Shown one piece after another: positions 1 to 12,789 of a DNA stretch of 64,000 bases. Within the stretch, counting starts at the first letter, position 1, and each line of letters starts with the position of its first letter. The stretch is taken from NCBI RefSeq assembly GCF_006345805.1, contig NC_043017.1:14694001-14758000 (forward strand). Reading direction: 5' to 3'. This stretch comes from Octopus sinensis. Lineage: Eukaryota. The translations under genes were made by a program, and so were the position numbers. Below the pieces are notes generated by a model that searched no databases, was not told where the DNA came from, and saw only the letters and a program-made list of their open reading frames with translations.

Positions 1-531
1 TATCCATTATAAACTAACATCAAAGGCGTTCCAGCCGTGAACATCTGTTCGTTTAAATTTTTTTGTTTTATTTTAAGACACAAATGTATCTAGGATTATA
101 TTAACCAATGCCTGTGTGATACCTTATTTGAAATGGCTGGATGAGACTTGAGAGAGATTTCCCTGTTACATTTTACAGGTTGAAATACCAATTAGAGACT
201 GGCGGAACGAAGAAAATTCACTAAGCAGGACAAAAACAGCAATGATATTGTGTATCCATAAAAAGAAGAGATACTCCACGGTTTGGAATTCTAATGCAGT
301 CTTGTTAAAGTGAACTTAGAATATATTGAAGGAAAACAGGAAAATAATGGCCACGTGGATAGTTGTCCTACAAAAAGGAAAGGAAAACAAGACAAATTTC
401 ACAAACGACGCATTTTTATATGTTTGTAATGGTTTCTCCATCAGTAGCGACGACAAGTATCCAACTCTTTGATCAAGGGAATTACTTCTCGCGAAATTAA
501 TATGTAAATGCCTGAATATTTCTCGATCAAG

Positions 532-575
532 ACATACATACATACATACATGCATACATACATACATACATACAT
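532..575. repeat. (ACAT)n microsatellite
   Basis: Direct reading of tandem ACAT units with one variant. Confidence 0.9.
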
Positions 576-1374
576 CTCCACCCTACATCACCCCCATACC
601 ATCCCACAGACACGCACATATGTATTGAAGTGAAGGTTAGCGTTGCCTCCTAGATAGAATCGTAGGAACGGTGTCGTAGCATCCAGAGTTTTTTGAGAAT
701 TTAAACCTGGCGAAGACATCCTTTTCTAGATGTGAGCACAGCATCCTTCCATACTCTCTCCCTTCTTTTCGAGATAGAGAGAGATATAGATAAGAATGAA
801 AGAATCATGCCTATCCAACAATTATTTCTAATTTTAATTGACAAATTTTATAGGAACGAGAGAAAAATCTGGTTAAAGCCGAAAGAGAACTTTTAGAATA
901 AAGATTTTATTTCCTGATGACTGATTTGTAAAACTTTAAGTCAACTCTTTAAATGCTGTAGTAATTTAAAATTTTAAATTTTCTTGCTTTGCTAGAATAA
1001 AATTAAAACACATCTTAATTCATGATTTCACATGGTTTCGGCTCGCAATATTCGTTGGAAGGGAAATAACTCTAAGAGAAAAGACTATCTCGTAAGGCTT
1101 TGAAAGTTATTTCCCTTGAAACATTATTTCAAAATAGACACGTTATCTTTGTGTCACGTTGTGGTTTGTGTTAGTGAGTCTCTTGTTTGCGACTCTGCTG
1201 CCTTAACAAGGATTTATAACAGGTGCTAAGTCAGAAATACTGGGCGGAGGATGAGAGAGTGGGTTTTATCGATTCCAGCGTTTGATTATTTTTATCGATC
1301 CAAGAATAAAAAACAGAAGTCGATAAGACAATGAATCGGACGATCGAACGATCGAACCAATCTGTCTGCCTTGG

Positions 1375-1595
1375 TAATAATAATCCTTTCTACTACAAGC
1401 TGTGGGTCTGAAATTCTGGCGAAGGGGTCAGTCGCATACTTTGACCTCAGAGCTCGACTGGTATTTATGTTATCGATCTCGAGAAACTGAAAGTAAAATC
1501 GTTCTCGGCGTTATTTGAACTCAGAACATAAAGACCGATGAAATGGCACCAAGCCTTTTCTCTGATGCGCCAACGATTCTGTTCGCTCGCAGCCT
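1375..1595 (-). mobile_element. tRNA-derived SINE, family A (degenerate copy)
   Basis: Reverse complement aligns by eye with the cleaner copies at 28796-29006 and 59329-59527; (AAT)n tail on the left. Confidence 0.7.
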
Positions 1596-2741
1596 CAATC
1601 ATAGTAATGATAAGAACAACAGCAACAACAAATGTTGGATTCAAACATTTTTATGTTTTTAAATGTTTTGGTGTAGAACAAAGGCGTTATGTTTTCTATG
1701 TTTTCCCCAGAAACAGGGGACATCGAGGTTGTGAGAATTAATACAGACATGGAGGAAATCCCAACGAAACTTTCATCAGGTTGGACCAACCAGTAATTTG
1801 GAGTTTGTATTATTTTATCGAGCCTAGAATGAGCAGAGATGAGGGTAGCCCGGGCGGATTTTGAAGTCAGAAGGTAGAGACACGGAACAACAAATCGCTG
1901 CTATTCTACTAATTATATCAGGAATAATTCTTATAATTATGTCCTTAATCTCTTTCATATTCTCTAAGACTGACAATCTAAGATGGATTTTCGGATGGGA
2001 TTTAGTCAGGTTAATTGACAACAGTATGACTGGTACTATATTTTACCTACCCCGAAAAGATGAAAATAATAAACGACTTTACTGGGGACCTAAGTCAGAA
2101 CGTAAAGACTTGAATCTAAATTCTTGAAGTCCTATTTCCCCGCTTCTCTAACCATTCCGCCATTCACCATTTGTAATTAAAGAAAACATAAACAAGAATA
2201 TAGAAATCATTCCAGTTCTCAGACCTGGAAACATTGTCAAAGATATACTACTGTTAGGTAGAGGCAACATTCTACATAACACAATTTCAAAACTCAACTC
2301 CAACTGTCCAACCTCTGTACACAACACCCAAGACAATAAATGTGCCGCTATGTGGTTGCCGTCTCTCCTTCAAAACGCATAATATTGTCTTAAAGAACGT
2401 AATGTTGGATAACAATGGAGCAGCAGTTGAAGACTGGGTTCCACGTGACTGACTCGTGCCAAAATTTGAAACCATTATTTTCATTAATTTTCATTGGAGT
2501 CAATATCTACGTTTATTTGGTTTATTTGGTTTATTTGGTTTATTTGGTTTATTATAGTTATTTCTTTCCAGTGCAACTGACATAGAACGAAACGCGGAAA
2601 CGTCACACAACACGTGACATGGTACACTCCTCTTCTGCTTTAATATCTACGTTAACCACGGCTGAATATTGCTGTGCATAGATATAATAGATGTATAGAC
2701 ACTAGTTTGAAACCATTTCACAGAAGTAGCTACTGTGTGTG

Positions 2742-2764
2742 TAGATAGATAAATAGATAGATAG

Positions 2765-2821
<57 letters not shown>

Positions 2822-2826
2822 CAGAC

Positions 2827-2877
<51 letters not shown>

Positions 2878-2878
2878 C
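2742..2878. repeat. Compound (TAGA)n/(GA)n/(GATA)n microsatellite
   Basis: Direct reading. Confidence 0.9.
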
Positions 2879-2973
2879 AAGATAATAAGTAGGTAGGTAG
2901 GTTTCTGGTAGATGTGAAAGGATTTTTTGTAAAATGGTCAGTCATCTTTTGTATAGAAGCGGAATCCACGGAT

Positions 2974-2980
2974 GAGAGAG

Positions 2981-3053
<73 letters not shown>

Positions 3054-3069
3054 TAGAGAGAGAGAGAGA
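2974..3069. repeat. (GA)n microsatellite
   Basis: Direct reading; explains the RE-repeat ORF 2914-3105. Confidence 0.9.
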
Positions 3070-4533
3070 GTTGGCGATGACCAGCAGGCGAATGTTGAGC
3101 AGTAGAGATAAAAATTATTAGGTGATGTTGCAAAGTATTTTTAACCAGCGAATAGCATGACCGGTTACTAGTTGAGATTATTGCATACGAGGTCTACGGA
3201 TGAAACTTTTTGATGAGAAATTTGATCATTTGCCTGGAAGTGGAACATAATTCTTATTCTTGTTTGTCAAAACCTTCTGAAGCGTTCAGTCAAGTTTTAT
3301 GTTTCTGTGAGCTATAATCGCATTTCTGATCAGTATCAACTCAAAGTGACCTTTTCACAATTCTACAGATAACAGAAATGTTAGTTTCACTTGTTTTTAG
3401 TTTTCATTTGTATGGCAATAAAAGACGTGAACTTTATAGCTAATTCCGGGAGAGTGGGGGAACTGTGGCTATCTGGTTTTAAAAGTAATTTATGTTAATC
3501 CTATGTAGATTTTGTTGAAACAATTTACAGTGGTTATCTTTGCACCAAATACAATCGCCTTCATGACTCAATATTTGTGCACAGGACAAGGAGATGTGTT
3601 ACATTTGCATTGTGGTGAGTGAGGTGCAGGGGTTCTACTGCTGTAACTTGGGCTGTGGTTGGATATGGAGCTATTCTCATCAAATTCAAACAAAAACAAG
3701 ATTCCAAAAATTCTTAGAGTGACCAGAAAAAAAATTACTGCATTTCGATAAAGCTATATCGAAACGGATCATTTCGACCAGATATCGATATTGAGACAAG
3801 TCTACATTAATTGTAAGATATAGAAAATATTTGTCACATCCTTATTTGCCATGCCCACCATGCCAGATAGATTAGAATCGTAAGGTCAGATAAATTAGAA
3901 TCATAGCCAGCAAACTCTTTAACATGTTTTGAAATTCTGAGGTTAATGGAAATAAATGTCACGAAGCCCTTAATCCTTCTTTTTTGTTTTTGTTTTGCTG
4001 TTCTGTTAAAAGTCTGAGAAATTAACAGTTAATATTTTGCAGTGAGGGAAGTTATTTTGTGTCACAGAGTCACACTTTGGGGGATCCCAAAACATCAACA
4101 TACATTCCAGGTAAAAATATTTTTCGCTAAATACTTGCCTGGGTTATCGTATTTTAACAGTGAAAAATGAATCAACACAATTCTTGTAACTGTTTAAGAT
4201 TTACAACTTAAGATATTTCAGAATTTGTGTTTCTAACTGTCATTTACGTCATTCGAAAATGGCCGGACAGATCAATAGTTTAAACAGCTGTTGTTAATTT
4301 GAACATTCTTGAAACGTCAATACATATATACATGCTTGTGTGTATGTGTGTGTGTGTGTGTGCTTGAGTCTGTGTATGTGTTTGAGTCTGTGTATGTGTT
4401 CTTTAAAATCCATGATTTAAAACAAGATTATACTGAATGTTTTTTATACATTTTAGTGAGCGGTTGCTCACTTATCAGAACACGGTGATAATATGTATAT
4501 TTGTTACATTTTTTTTACTTTGTATTATTACGG

Positions 4534-4544
4534 TAATAATAATG

Positions 4545-4579
<35 letters not shown>

Positions 4580-4613
4580 TATTATTATTATTAAATTATT
4601 ATTATTATTATTA
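4534..4613. repeat. (AAT)n followed by (ATT)n, self-complementary microsatellite
   Basis: AAT run to about 4579, then ATT run; the two halves are reverse complements. Confidence 0.85.
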
Positions 4614-4808
4614 TATGTGTTTATAAACATCTAATTTATTGTCCACATTCACACACACGCGCATCTGCGTTAATGAACGGCGTTAAATGCACCAGAAAGT
4701 GACCGATTCTTTAAAACTTGGTTTAGTTCTTAAAAAAGCAAGAAGAATATTTAAGAATTCAGGTCAACATATTATAGTAAATGATTTTGGATTATAAAGG
4801 TGACTTAC

Positions 4809-5073
4809 TCAGGGTAATGCTTCACATTCTTTAGGCGGGTCTGCAGTATGGCGCATGTGCGTAAATCCGAGGTGTCCACCACCCTGCGCCTTGGCACGGT
4901 CGGCAAGCGGATCTCCTCGCCATCTTCTTGTAAATTGTTGAATACCGACTGGTGTGGTGTCGGGTGAGGAAACGCCAGCGACGCCCTCCTCCGTTGGGTA
5001 ACATGTCGGCTACCTGCTGCACCAATCATATCTCTGCTATAGTCGTTGTTATTTCCTTGAAGCCGGTCGAAGG
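4809..5073 (-). CDS. Internal coding exon of an unidentified gene (phase 1 to phase 2): FDRLQGNNNDYSRDMIGAAGSRHVTQRRRASLAFPHPTPHQSVFNNLQEDGEEIRLPTVPRRRVVDTSDLRTCAILQTRLKNVKHYP
   Basis: GC/CpG-rich island in AT-rich DNA. Acceptor ttttttgtttgtcttttctccag| and donor CCTGA|gtaagt. The 265 nt are open in this frame and give a high-complexity peptide with an RRASL PKA consensus site. No family recognised. Confidence 0.8.
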
Positions 5074-5187
5074 CTGGAGAAAAGACAAACAAAAAAATTA
5101 GTAGGTATTGTAAGTAAAAAGGCGGTATCAGAAACTTACATAAACACACATATATATACAACACGCACATACATGTATATGCAAGAA

Positions 5188-5508
5188 GGAGGAGGAGGAG
5201 GAGGAGGAACAACTCTTACGGTCATGAATGACCATGGGATTGCCTCTAGAAAGTTACCCTCCGAGGCACAAGTCCGGCAGGTTGTTTATGAAAGACCAGC
5301 AGTCGCCCCTCATATCTCGCCTCCCTTCTCCATGCCGCCGACGTTACCCAAGAGAAAGGCAAAAGGGCCGATATGGCTTGGCACCAGTGACATCGTAATT
5401 CATTTCTATAGCTGAGTGAATTGGTGCAACGTGAAATAAAGTGTCTTGCTCAAGAACACAACATGATTGTGAGCCCGACGCTCTAAGCGCTGAGTCACGC
5501 GCCTCCAC
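5188..5508 (-). mobile_element. tRNA-derived SINE, family C (head partly deleted, (TCC)n tail)
   Basis: Minus strand starts GTGGAGGCGCGTGACTCAGCGCTTAGAGCGTCGGGCTCACAATC (A-box-like), followed by TGTGTTCTTGAGCAAGACACTTTATTTCACGTTGC, which I recognise as an octopus SINE body. Confidence 0.65.
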
Positions 5509-5769
5509 ACACACACACACACACTGTCGTAACTGTTGGCGCCTCACAACTGCTTGTTCGAATTAATGTCACATTTCCGATCATTCATGCCGGATGTAAA
5601 ATGCTGTATAAGTGATCGGTCGTCGTCGAGCGTGTGTAGGCAAAGGTTCAGAGAGAAAGTGTCTGTGGTGGAAAAAGAGAAGGAATTCGTTATTTTTCAC
5701 GCACCCTTCAAGAAGAATATGAAATGGAGATTTTTGTTTGCTTATATATTGAAAATATCACAATTCGTA

Positions 5770-6360
5770 ATGAAAAGCATTCAATACTTGGCGGGTACCA
5801 TCTCACGACTGGACCAGGAAATCGCATACAGAATGAGCAGAGCTTGTGCTCAATTTGGCAAGCTACAGGAGAGGCTGTAGAAAAACAGAAATGCTTCTAT
5901 AATTGTTAAATGTAAGGTATACCAAGTTATAATGCTTTCTTCTCTGCTGTACGGAGTTGAAAGCTGGACAGTCTATAAAGCTCAAGTAGACAAGTCACAC
6001 GCGTATATGATGAGACAGCTGCGACAGATTATGAATATCAGATTCTGTTTGATAAGATCAGGAATGAATAGGTCCTACGGTATGCCTCTTATTGTAGAAA
6101 TCATCATTGCTAGAAATTTACGCTGGTTGAGTCACATACACAGGATGGACAACAACAAACTCCCCAGACAAATCCTTTATTCTCAACTATGTAAAGGGAC
6201 AAGAAACCTTGGAAGATATAGATTGAGATTAAAAGATACTGCAAAAAGGAACATGAAGTGGAAAGGAACTGATCATAAAGGGCAAACTCAAGCAAAAAAC
6301 CTGGGGAAAGCTTATCAAGACATGCCAAAGACATATATAGTCAAAGTCATGACGACTGGC
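5770..6360 (+). mobile_element. RTE-clade LINE, decayed 3' part of the RT ORF
   Basis: Translation gives YLAGTISRLDQEIAYRMSRACAQFGKL...LLYGVESWTVY...LRWLSHIHRMDNNKLPRQILYSQL, typical RTE C-terminal motifs; contains a stop and frameshifts. Confidence 0.85.
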
Positions 6361-6369
6361 AGCAAAATC

Positions 6370-6537
6370 CTCCTTTTTACTCTCGGCACAAGGCCTGACA
6401 TTTTTGGGAATGGGGCAAGCCAATTAGATCGACTCCAGTACGCAACTGGTACTTAATTTATCGACCCCGAAAAGATGAAAGGCAAAGTCGACCTCGACGG
6501 AATTTGAACTCAGAACGTAAACACAGACGAACTGTCT
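6370..6537 (-). mobile_element. SINE family A, 5'-truncated
   Basis: Contains GGCAAAGTCGACCTCGACGGAATTTGAACTCAGAACGTA, the reverse complement of the family A B-box region. Confidence 0.8.
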
Positions 6538-6552
6538 GCAAAATAATAAAAT

Positions 6553-6915
6553 AATAAGAGCACTGAGAGAGCGCAAACCTCCGCCAAGGCAACACCAACA
6601 TCCTCTCAACGATTAACCAGAGATGATTTTTAAAATGAGAATATCTGAAATAACCTCGACTGCTCTCACAAACGAGAAAGTTAAAACTGAACCCGACCGC
6701 TCTCAAAATTTAAGTGAAAAAAAAGAAAAACAGGAAAAATAATCCAGAATCCTAATCCTGTACCAGATCGATCCCAAAATCTAATCAGTTCTTGCCAGTC
6801 ATGAGGCCAAACATCCCTGAATCCGTCCAGGAGTTCTTGAGACACTTTGTCCACGGACAAACAAACAAACACAACTGAAAACAATTCTTCTGCTTTCGCC
6901 AAGACGGAGGTAATA
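6553..6915 (-). mobile_element. Non-autonomous Helentron-like (HINE/DINE-1-type) element
   Basis: Imperfect subterminal inverted repeats ACCTCCGCCAAGGC (6577-6590) and GCCAAGACGGAGGT (6898-6911), a (GTTT)n microsatellite near the 5' end (minus sense) and a short 3' extension after the second repeat. This matches HINE architecture. Confidence 0.55.
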
Positions 6916-7334
6916 ATGTGTTGGTAGATGTTTGCAATTAGAAATCAAAATGCGAATGACAAACTATGGAGCTGTGAATTACAAAAGATGAAATATTGAA
7001 ATTCTCTCCGGTCACACACATTTCCGAAAGATTTGGAAATGACGAATATTACAAGTAATTCCTTTTCCTACCAGTGTTAACTCCCTCTCATCAGGCACGC
7101 AAATATGCGGAACTCTTAAGCAACCGCTCCCCACCCGCAAATCATAGAAAATGTTAATTAGGGTCAAGAGAAGTTGTGCTAATTTCTGATAATTGTTATT
7201 TAAAAAAATGTTTCTATTGGATTTAAAATGGAGCGTTGCTGCTCAAGGTACGAACAATATTTTATTTTACCGCATTTGCAGAACCTGTATTGGGTCAACA
7301 AAACCTCTTCTTTATTCATTCTGTTAATCTTCTA

Positions 7335-7567
7335 TATGTTTCAGTCATCTGACTGCGGCCATGATGGAGCACCACTTCAAAAGGGTTTCAGTCGAAGAAA
7401 TCGACCTCAGGACGTACTCTTTGTAAGCCGAGAACTAATTTTATCGGTGTCTTTTGCTCAACCGCTAAGTTACGGAAACATAAATACACCAACGATGGAG
7501 TGTGTGTGCGCACGCGCGTGTGTGATAGACACACATAAATAAATACAATTGTGTGTGTATATATGTG

Positions 7568-7610
<43 letters not shown>

Positions 7611-7757
7611 ACCAGCAACTTTCAGTTTCCGTCAACCAAACCCACTCACAACACCCGCGGCTATAGTAGAAGACACTTTCCGAAGGTTCCACAGAGTAGG
7701 ACTGAACCTGGAACCGTGTGGCCGGGAAGCAAGCTTCTTACCACACAGCCACGCCTG
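7335..7757 (-). mobile_element. tRNA-derived SINE, family B with internal TA/CA microsatellite
   Basis: Reverse complement matches 56576-56976 (A-box TGGCTGTGTGG, B-box GGTTCAGTCC). Confidence 0.8.
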
Positions 7758-10205
7758 ATCCTTATTTTTATTTCTTCCTATTTCTCTCAAAAATATCGAA
7801 TAAAATAAAGTTGCTTAAGCTGTTCCTTGAAAAGGGTCACAAGATTTCCCATCAGTTTGGTGAGTCTTTAAGAAAAAAGAAAAAAAGTCTAAATTTATTG
7901 ACGCTGCAAATTTTTCGATTTGTGTGATCCTTCCTTCCATGGTAAACCCTCATCACTTGTTTAGGTTTCCAAATTTTACCCCGATTTAAAAAAGTTTCAA
8001 AGTTTTGCTCTTGCAATACGTTCTACTTTCTTCAATTTTAGTTCATTTTATAATTTTAATATCATGTAAAAAGTTAAAGCGAGGCACCCCAATCTAGAGC
8101 TTATGGTCAGCACGGGTTGGAATAGACAGTGTCCGTAAATAGATTGTCTTTAGAAAGAGTGTCTTTAAGAGAGTGAAGGGGATGGTTAGACGTCCTTAAC
8201 AATAGGGAGGAGGGCAAGGGTTGTAGGAAGAGGAGAAGAGTGATGGGAGAAATGCAAGTATGGTGAGAGGAGGACAAGGCCGGTGGAAGGAGGCCGCGAC
8301 ATGGGAGAGGAAGGCTACGGTGGTCGCTGGGAAGAGTGGCAGTCACCTCCAGACCTGGAGACCCGAGTCTAATTCTTACAGTTATGCGTCTCTGCTAAAT
8401 ACAATCAAATGCATTAAAACCGGGTGACAGATTAAGTCCACCACCACACCAAAGCTACTCAATAAAACAGATTTTCACACAAATTACAGATCTTGGTGAT
8501 GGACAGTGTTGAAGAATAATTGGAAATAATGTCTGAATAGTATCGCTGAATCAGTCTGAGAAATAGGTTAGTCAATGTAATTGTATTAGTATTGGCTGGA
8601 AGTCATTGCCATCGTCAGCACAATGATAATTAGAATTCATTACTTCGCTATCGAGACCTATTGGTGATTAGGAAAGAGAGACTGGTAGCTGCTGTGATAA
8701 GGTGTTGCCGTTTATTAAAGAACCTTCTCATTAGGATTAGAAAGTCACTTCATTACGTCGCTACTTCACGGCCTGGATAATTTGCGCAAGAGGAACAACA
8801 GTGTTAAATTCAAACAGAAAGCAGCAGAAATGGAACCGAATCATTTTCTGTATAACTCATTACTTGATTTAAAAGCAAAGCTGATGATTGAAATTATAGT
8901 TTCATATTTCCATAATATTGCATTGTGCCGTCGTCCAATTTTAGATAAGGATATTCCGATATTCAACAAGGAACACAACAGCAATAATTCTTAGCAATTG
9001 ATATTGAATAACTCTATAATAATGTGAAGTGTTTTTACACATAGAAATCGGACAAAAGGAAGCTTCATTACCTCCGAGAATCTTATTAATGTTACTTTAC
9101 ATCAGATGTTTCACTAAATAATATTTTATTCGTTACAAATCAATTTTCGTATCGATAATAAGTGGAAGCTAATGTTCTGATAACCAGACCGAATAAAGTA
9201 AACTTTACATTAGACACAGCTAAACATACTTTCGATTTTTGCCGATAAATGCACGAAATCAAAGATTTCATTGTTTGGACAAATTGAAATTCCTATTTCA
9301 ATTAATTCCAAAAAGATCATTTACAAAGATAGAGGAAAAGATTCAAAGTCTTCCTTTAAACAAATTTAATGCCAAATACATTTATTTATCATTGCAAAAC
9401 AACAAAAACAAATACTTTCCGGTTTAAATTGATATTAACTGCCGGAAAAAACTTGATTCGGAAAGGATTTTACTGTGAAATCAGCGATCAGTCAGCAAGA
9501 GCGATAAAAGAACACAATAAAGGCTTATTGCATACTCGAGCATCCCTGAGAACATTAGAAGGAGATTTGGCTGTTATTTCTAGCAAGTCTAGCGGGCACA
9601 CAGATTTTCTGTCGTTGACTGACCTCGTATTTCTCTCTATTCTTGCTGACCTCGTCCAATCCCCTTCAAGTGTTTCCTTTCATAACCAATCCAAGGAAAG
9701 GTTTATCTTTAATTCAATTATTTGTGCTGTGAATCTAAGAGGTTGATAAACCTGCCAACTATAGCAGCCAAATCAACCTCATATTACGCGAGATGATATT
9801 ATCCGCGAAACAGATACGGATTTGTCATGGCTGGAGAGCCCTTTATCAAAGAACCATTTCTGTGAGGGTTAAACATGACCGAGTGGTCAACAAGTTTGTT
9901 TCACAAGTACGTGGTTTAAGATTCATTCTCACTGCGCGGCAAATTGTCCATCTTCAACCACTGTTTGGGGTTGACCAAAGATTTATCAGTGAAATTTGGT
10001 TGTTAGAAACTGTGTGGAAGCCTGGCGAAGGTGAAGGGGTAGTTGTTGTTTAGGTTGGTAAATTTAATCCGTCATCCACATTAGTGCCACACCCTGGCCC
10101 TTATGGGTGGTCTTTAGCTAAGGAGTTAGGGAATGTCCAATCTGTCAACAGTATTCAAATCAGATCTGTGAAAAGAATCGGGGCTTCGGTGTCTCCTCTC
10201 CTTCT

Positions 10206-10219
10206 GTTACTATGGAAAC
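10206..10219. promoter_or_regulatory. RFX X-box motif GTTACTATGGAAAC
   Basis: Close match to the RFX consensus GTTRCYATRGHAAC; function not shown. Confidence 0.35.
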
Positions 10220-10831
10220 CAAAAACCAAAGAGCAACAACAGCAAAAACAAGAACAACGATCGGTGCAAGACGAAAACCGAAAACAAAAACCAACAAAAA
10301 TGACGACAGGGAAAGCAAGGGGAACGTCAACAACAGCCAGCAACAACAACAAAAATAATCTAATTATTGAACTGGTTTCTACTGGGATTAAGAGGCAATC
10401 ACGTTGACAATAGATCGATCGGGGTGGTGGTGACTCGATTCTACTCCTGTCTCTCTGTCCCCAATGTAAAGAAATCGATATTTTTAACAGATCGCATTCC
10501 TATTTGATTTTGATGATATTGAAATAAGATCGATGAGTTCAAGTGATCGACTTATTATACACACTTATCTTTATTGGCTGATTTGTTTTATTGCTTTTTT
10601 TTTCTTCTGTCGATAACATCTTTGACATACAACAGCAACTGCAACAACAGCGACAATAACAACAGAACAAAAACAACAACAATAAACAGCTCATCACCAC
10701 CGTCCCCACCATCACCACCGCCGCCACCACCAACACAATAGTTCCACAGCAACAACAACAACATGTATGTTATATTCTAAACAATGCATTTCTCCAGATT
10801 CAACTTTGATATTAACTTTGATCTGCGGTCA

Positions 10832-10839
10832 TGACGTCA
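10832..10839. promoter_or_regulatory. Full CRE palindrome TGACGTCA
   Basis: Exact match; an 8-mer can occur by chance in 64 kb. Confidence 0.25.
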
Positions 10840-11417
10840 CACCATTGTTTCCGTGAATTTCAGTGAGATTCGGTGAAAATGACGAGGAAACATAAACACA
10901 CACACACACGAACGTATAGATTCACACACATACAGAAAATGATATACTAACACATACACACACATACACACTTGACAATAGCTGTTAATATACAAGAGAG
11001 AAGAGGCAGGTTAGTTGTAACAAAGTTTCATTTGATAAGGTCAAAAAGGATGCGACGAAAATATTGCAGAGAAATTAATAAAGAATGTATGAAGCAATCA
11101 GCAGGTGTGACATTATTGGCAATATTTGAAAGCATTGACAAATATGACAGACTCGTTCTTCGTTTCAACATGCGGCGGCATTGCTAAGAGACGTTGTTAT
11201 ACATGAAACATATTTCATTAATTTCTACGAAACGAATATTGAATTAACTGATTAATCTCGTTAAAAACTAATCAGGGTTTTATCTCTGTTGCATTTATTA
11301 CAACAAGAATTACACTTGCTAATTTCTTTCCGATCTTTAGATTTATTCAAACAAAGCATGTCGGGAGAAAATGTTTAATTTGACGATGAAATGTTTTCTA
11401 AAAATGAAAGCACCAGA

Positions 11418-11467
11418 ATCCATCCATCCATCCATCCATCCATCCATCCATCCGTCCGTCCGTCCAT
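11418..11467. repeat. (CCAT)n/(CCGT)n microsatellite
   Basis: Direct reading. Confidence 0.9.
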
Positions 11468-12789
11468 CTGGTCTTTTCCATTTGGAATTCAATTATATGT
11501 GAGTTAAGAGACTTATTCAAGTATGAACTGAAAGTTTTTTAAAAAGTAATTCAGTTATTTTTTTTTCTCAACCCTACAGCATCATCTGGTCATTGGAGGT
11601 GTTTAACGGCGTCTATTCAAACCAGAACTCCATCTGAGGGTAAAGTTTTAGCGACGTAGGCCCCTAAAAAGGGTCTTGGGTGTTTCCCTTTCTGCATTAG
11701 CTAAATTATTGAGGAAAAAATCAGTTTGACATTGGTTTTAGTGGTTGGCTGTATCTAACTAAACAATTTGTAGTGGGAAACACATTTGTGCAACTCTAAT
11801 GTCCATTAGAGAGAATGTGTTGTGGAAATTATATATCTTTGCCTCCTATTATGGCGCCACAGATGTAATTTTTAGCTGCGTGTATGATAAACGGAGACAT
11901 CATGCAGTAAACGGGGAAAAAATTAGAAAACCTATAAATGACAATTGCTCTGGAGGAGTTAAAGTGATAATTTTCTCTTATAATTTGCGATCGAGTTATT
12001 AATTTTTGAACAAGAAAAAATAAATAAAGGAAAAAAAAAACTTATAATTTTCTGTATGTGATTCAGATAAAATCTTTGAAAAAAGAAAAATGCGTTCAGT
12101 TTTGTATCTTGCGAGTAAAACAGGGGAAAATATTAATAAGAATAAATAAACAAAATATAAAGAAGAATCAGGGAAGAAAATAAAATATCATCATTTTTAG
12201 TCTTTACACTGTCAGGTAAAAAAGGTTCAAGAGATTTGAAAAATATAAAATTAGCGAATCACAAAACAACTTCATGAATAAAAATATTTTCGGTTTGCCA
12301 TCCTCTCAAGAACTTTTATTTAGTTTTGATACAAATATTGGCTTCAAATGTCATCGTACACGGTCTAATATATTTCTCTACTATTACCATATTCCGAACA
12401 AGATCAAGCCTCCAATGAATCTAGCTCATCAATTCCTACCTTGCTTATCTACTCAACGCTGAGAAAAGAAAAAGTGGCATTACCGCTCCACAAAGTGCCT
12501 GTTTGATTTTCTAAAAATGGAAGCCAAATCTCTCTCGAAACAAATAGGGGTGTATTTATAATAGCGCGCACCAGATAATATTGTTAGGGGTACATTATGT
12601 CGGAAAAGATTAGGGAATGACTCTGGGCTAAATGACAAGAACTTTAAAGAGAAGAGATAATCGACTATAGCCTTATTTGAACTTGGACCCTAGAGAGAAG
12701 GAACTCGACATTACAATATATTTTGTCAGATTTTCTGTCTTAATCGTCTCTGTTAGCTGACTCCTTCCGCCATCTTACATAGCTGTTGA

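Noticed and set aside
316-567. Minus ORF containing QRVGYLSSLL, reminiscent of adaptin large subunits, and frame-compatible with the exon at 4809
   Set aside because: The similarity is only 5-6 residues, the ORF starts in a microsatellite, and there is no good donor. An acceptor at 367 leads to a stop within 16 codons.
1861-2127. ORF with a transmembrane-like stretch
   Set aside because: Both ends overlap decayed SINE A sequence, and Ile/Leu richness follows from AT content.
8110-8370. Purine/GC-rich island
   Set aside because: No recognisable ORF motif, splice pair or second copy; it is probably a fragment of an unrecognised repeat.
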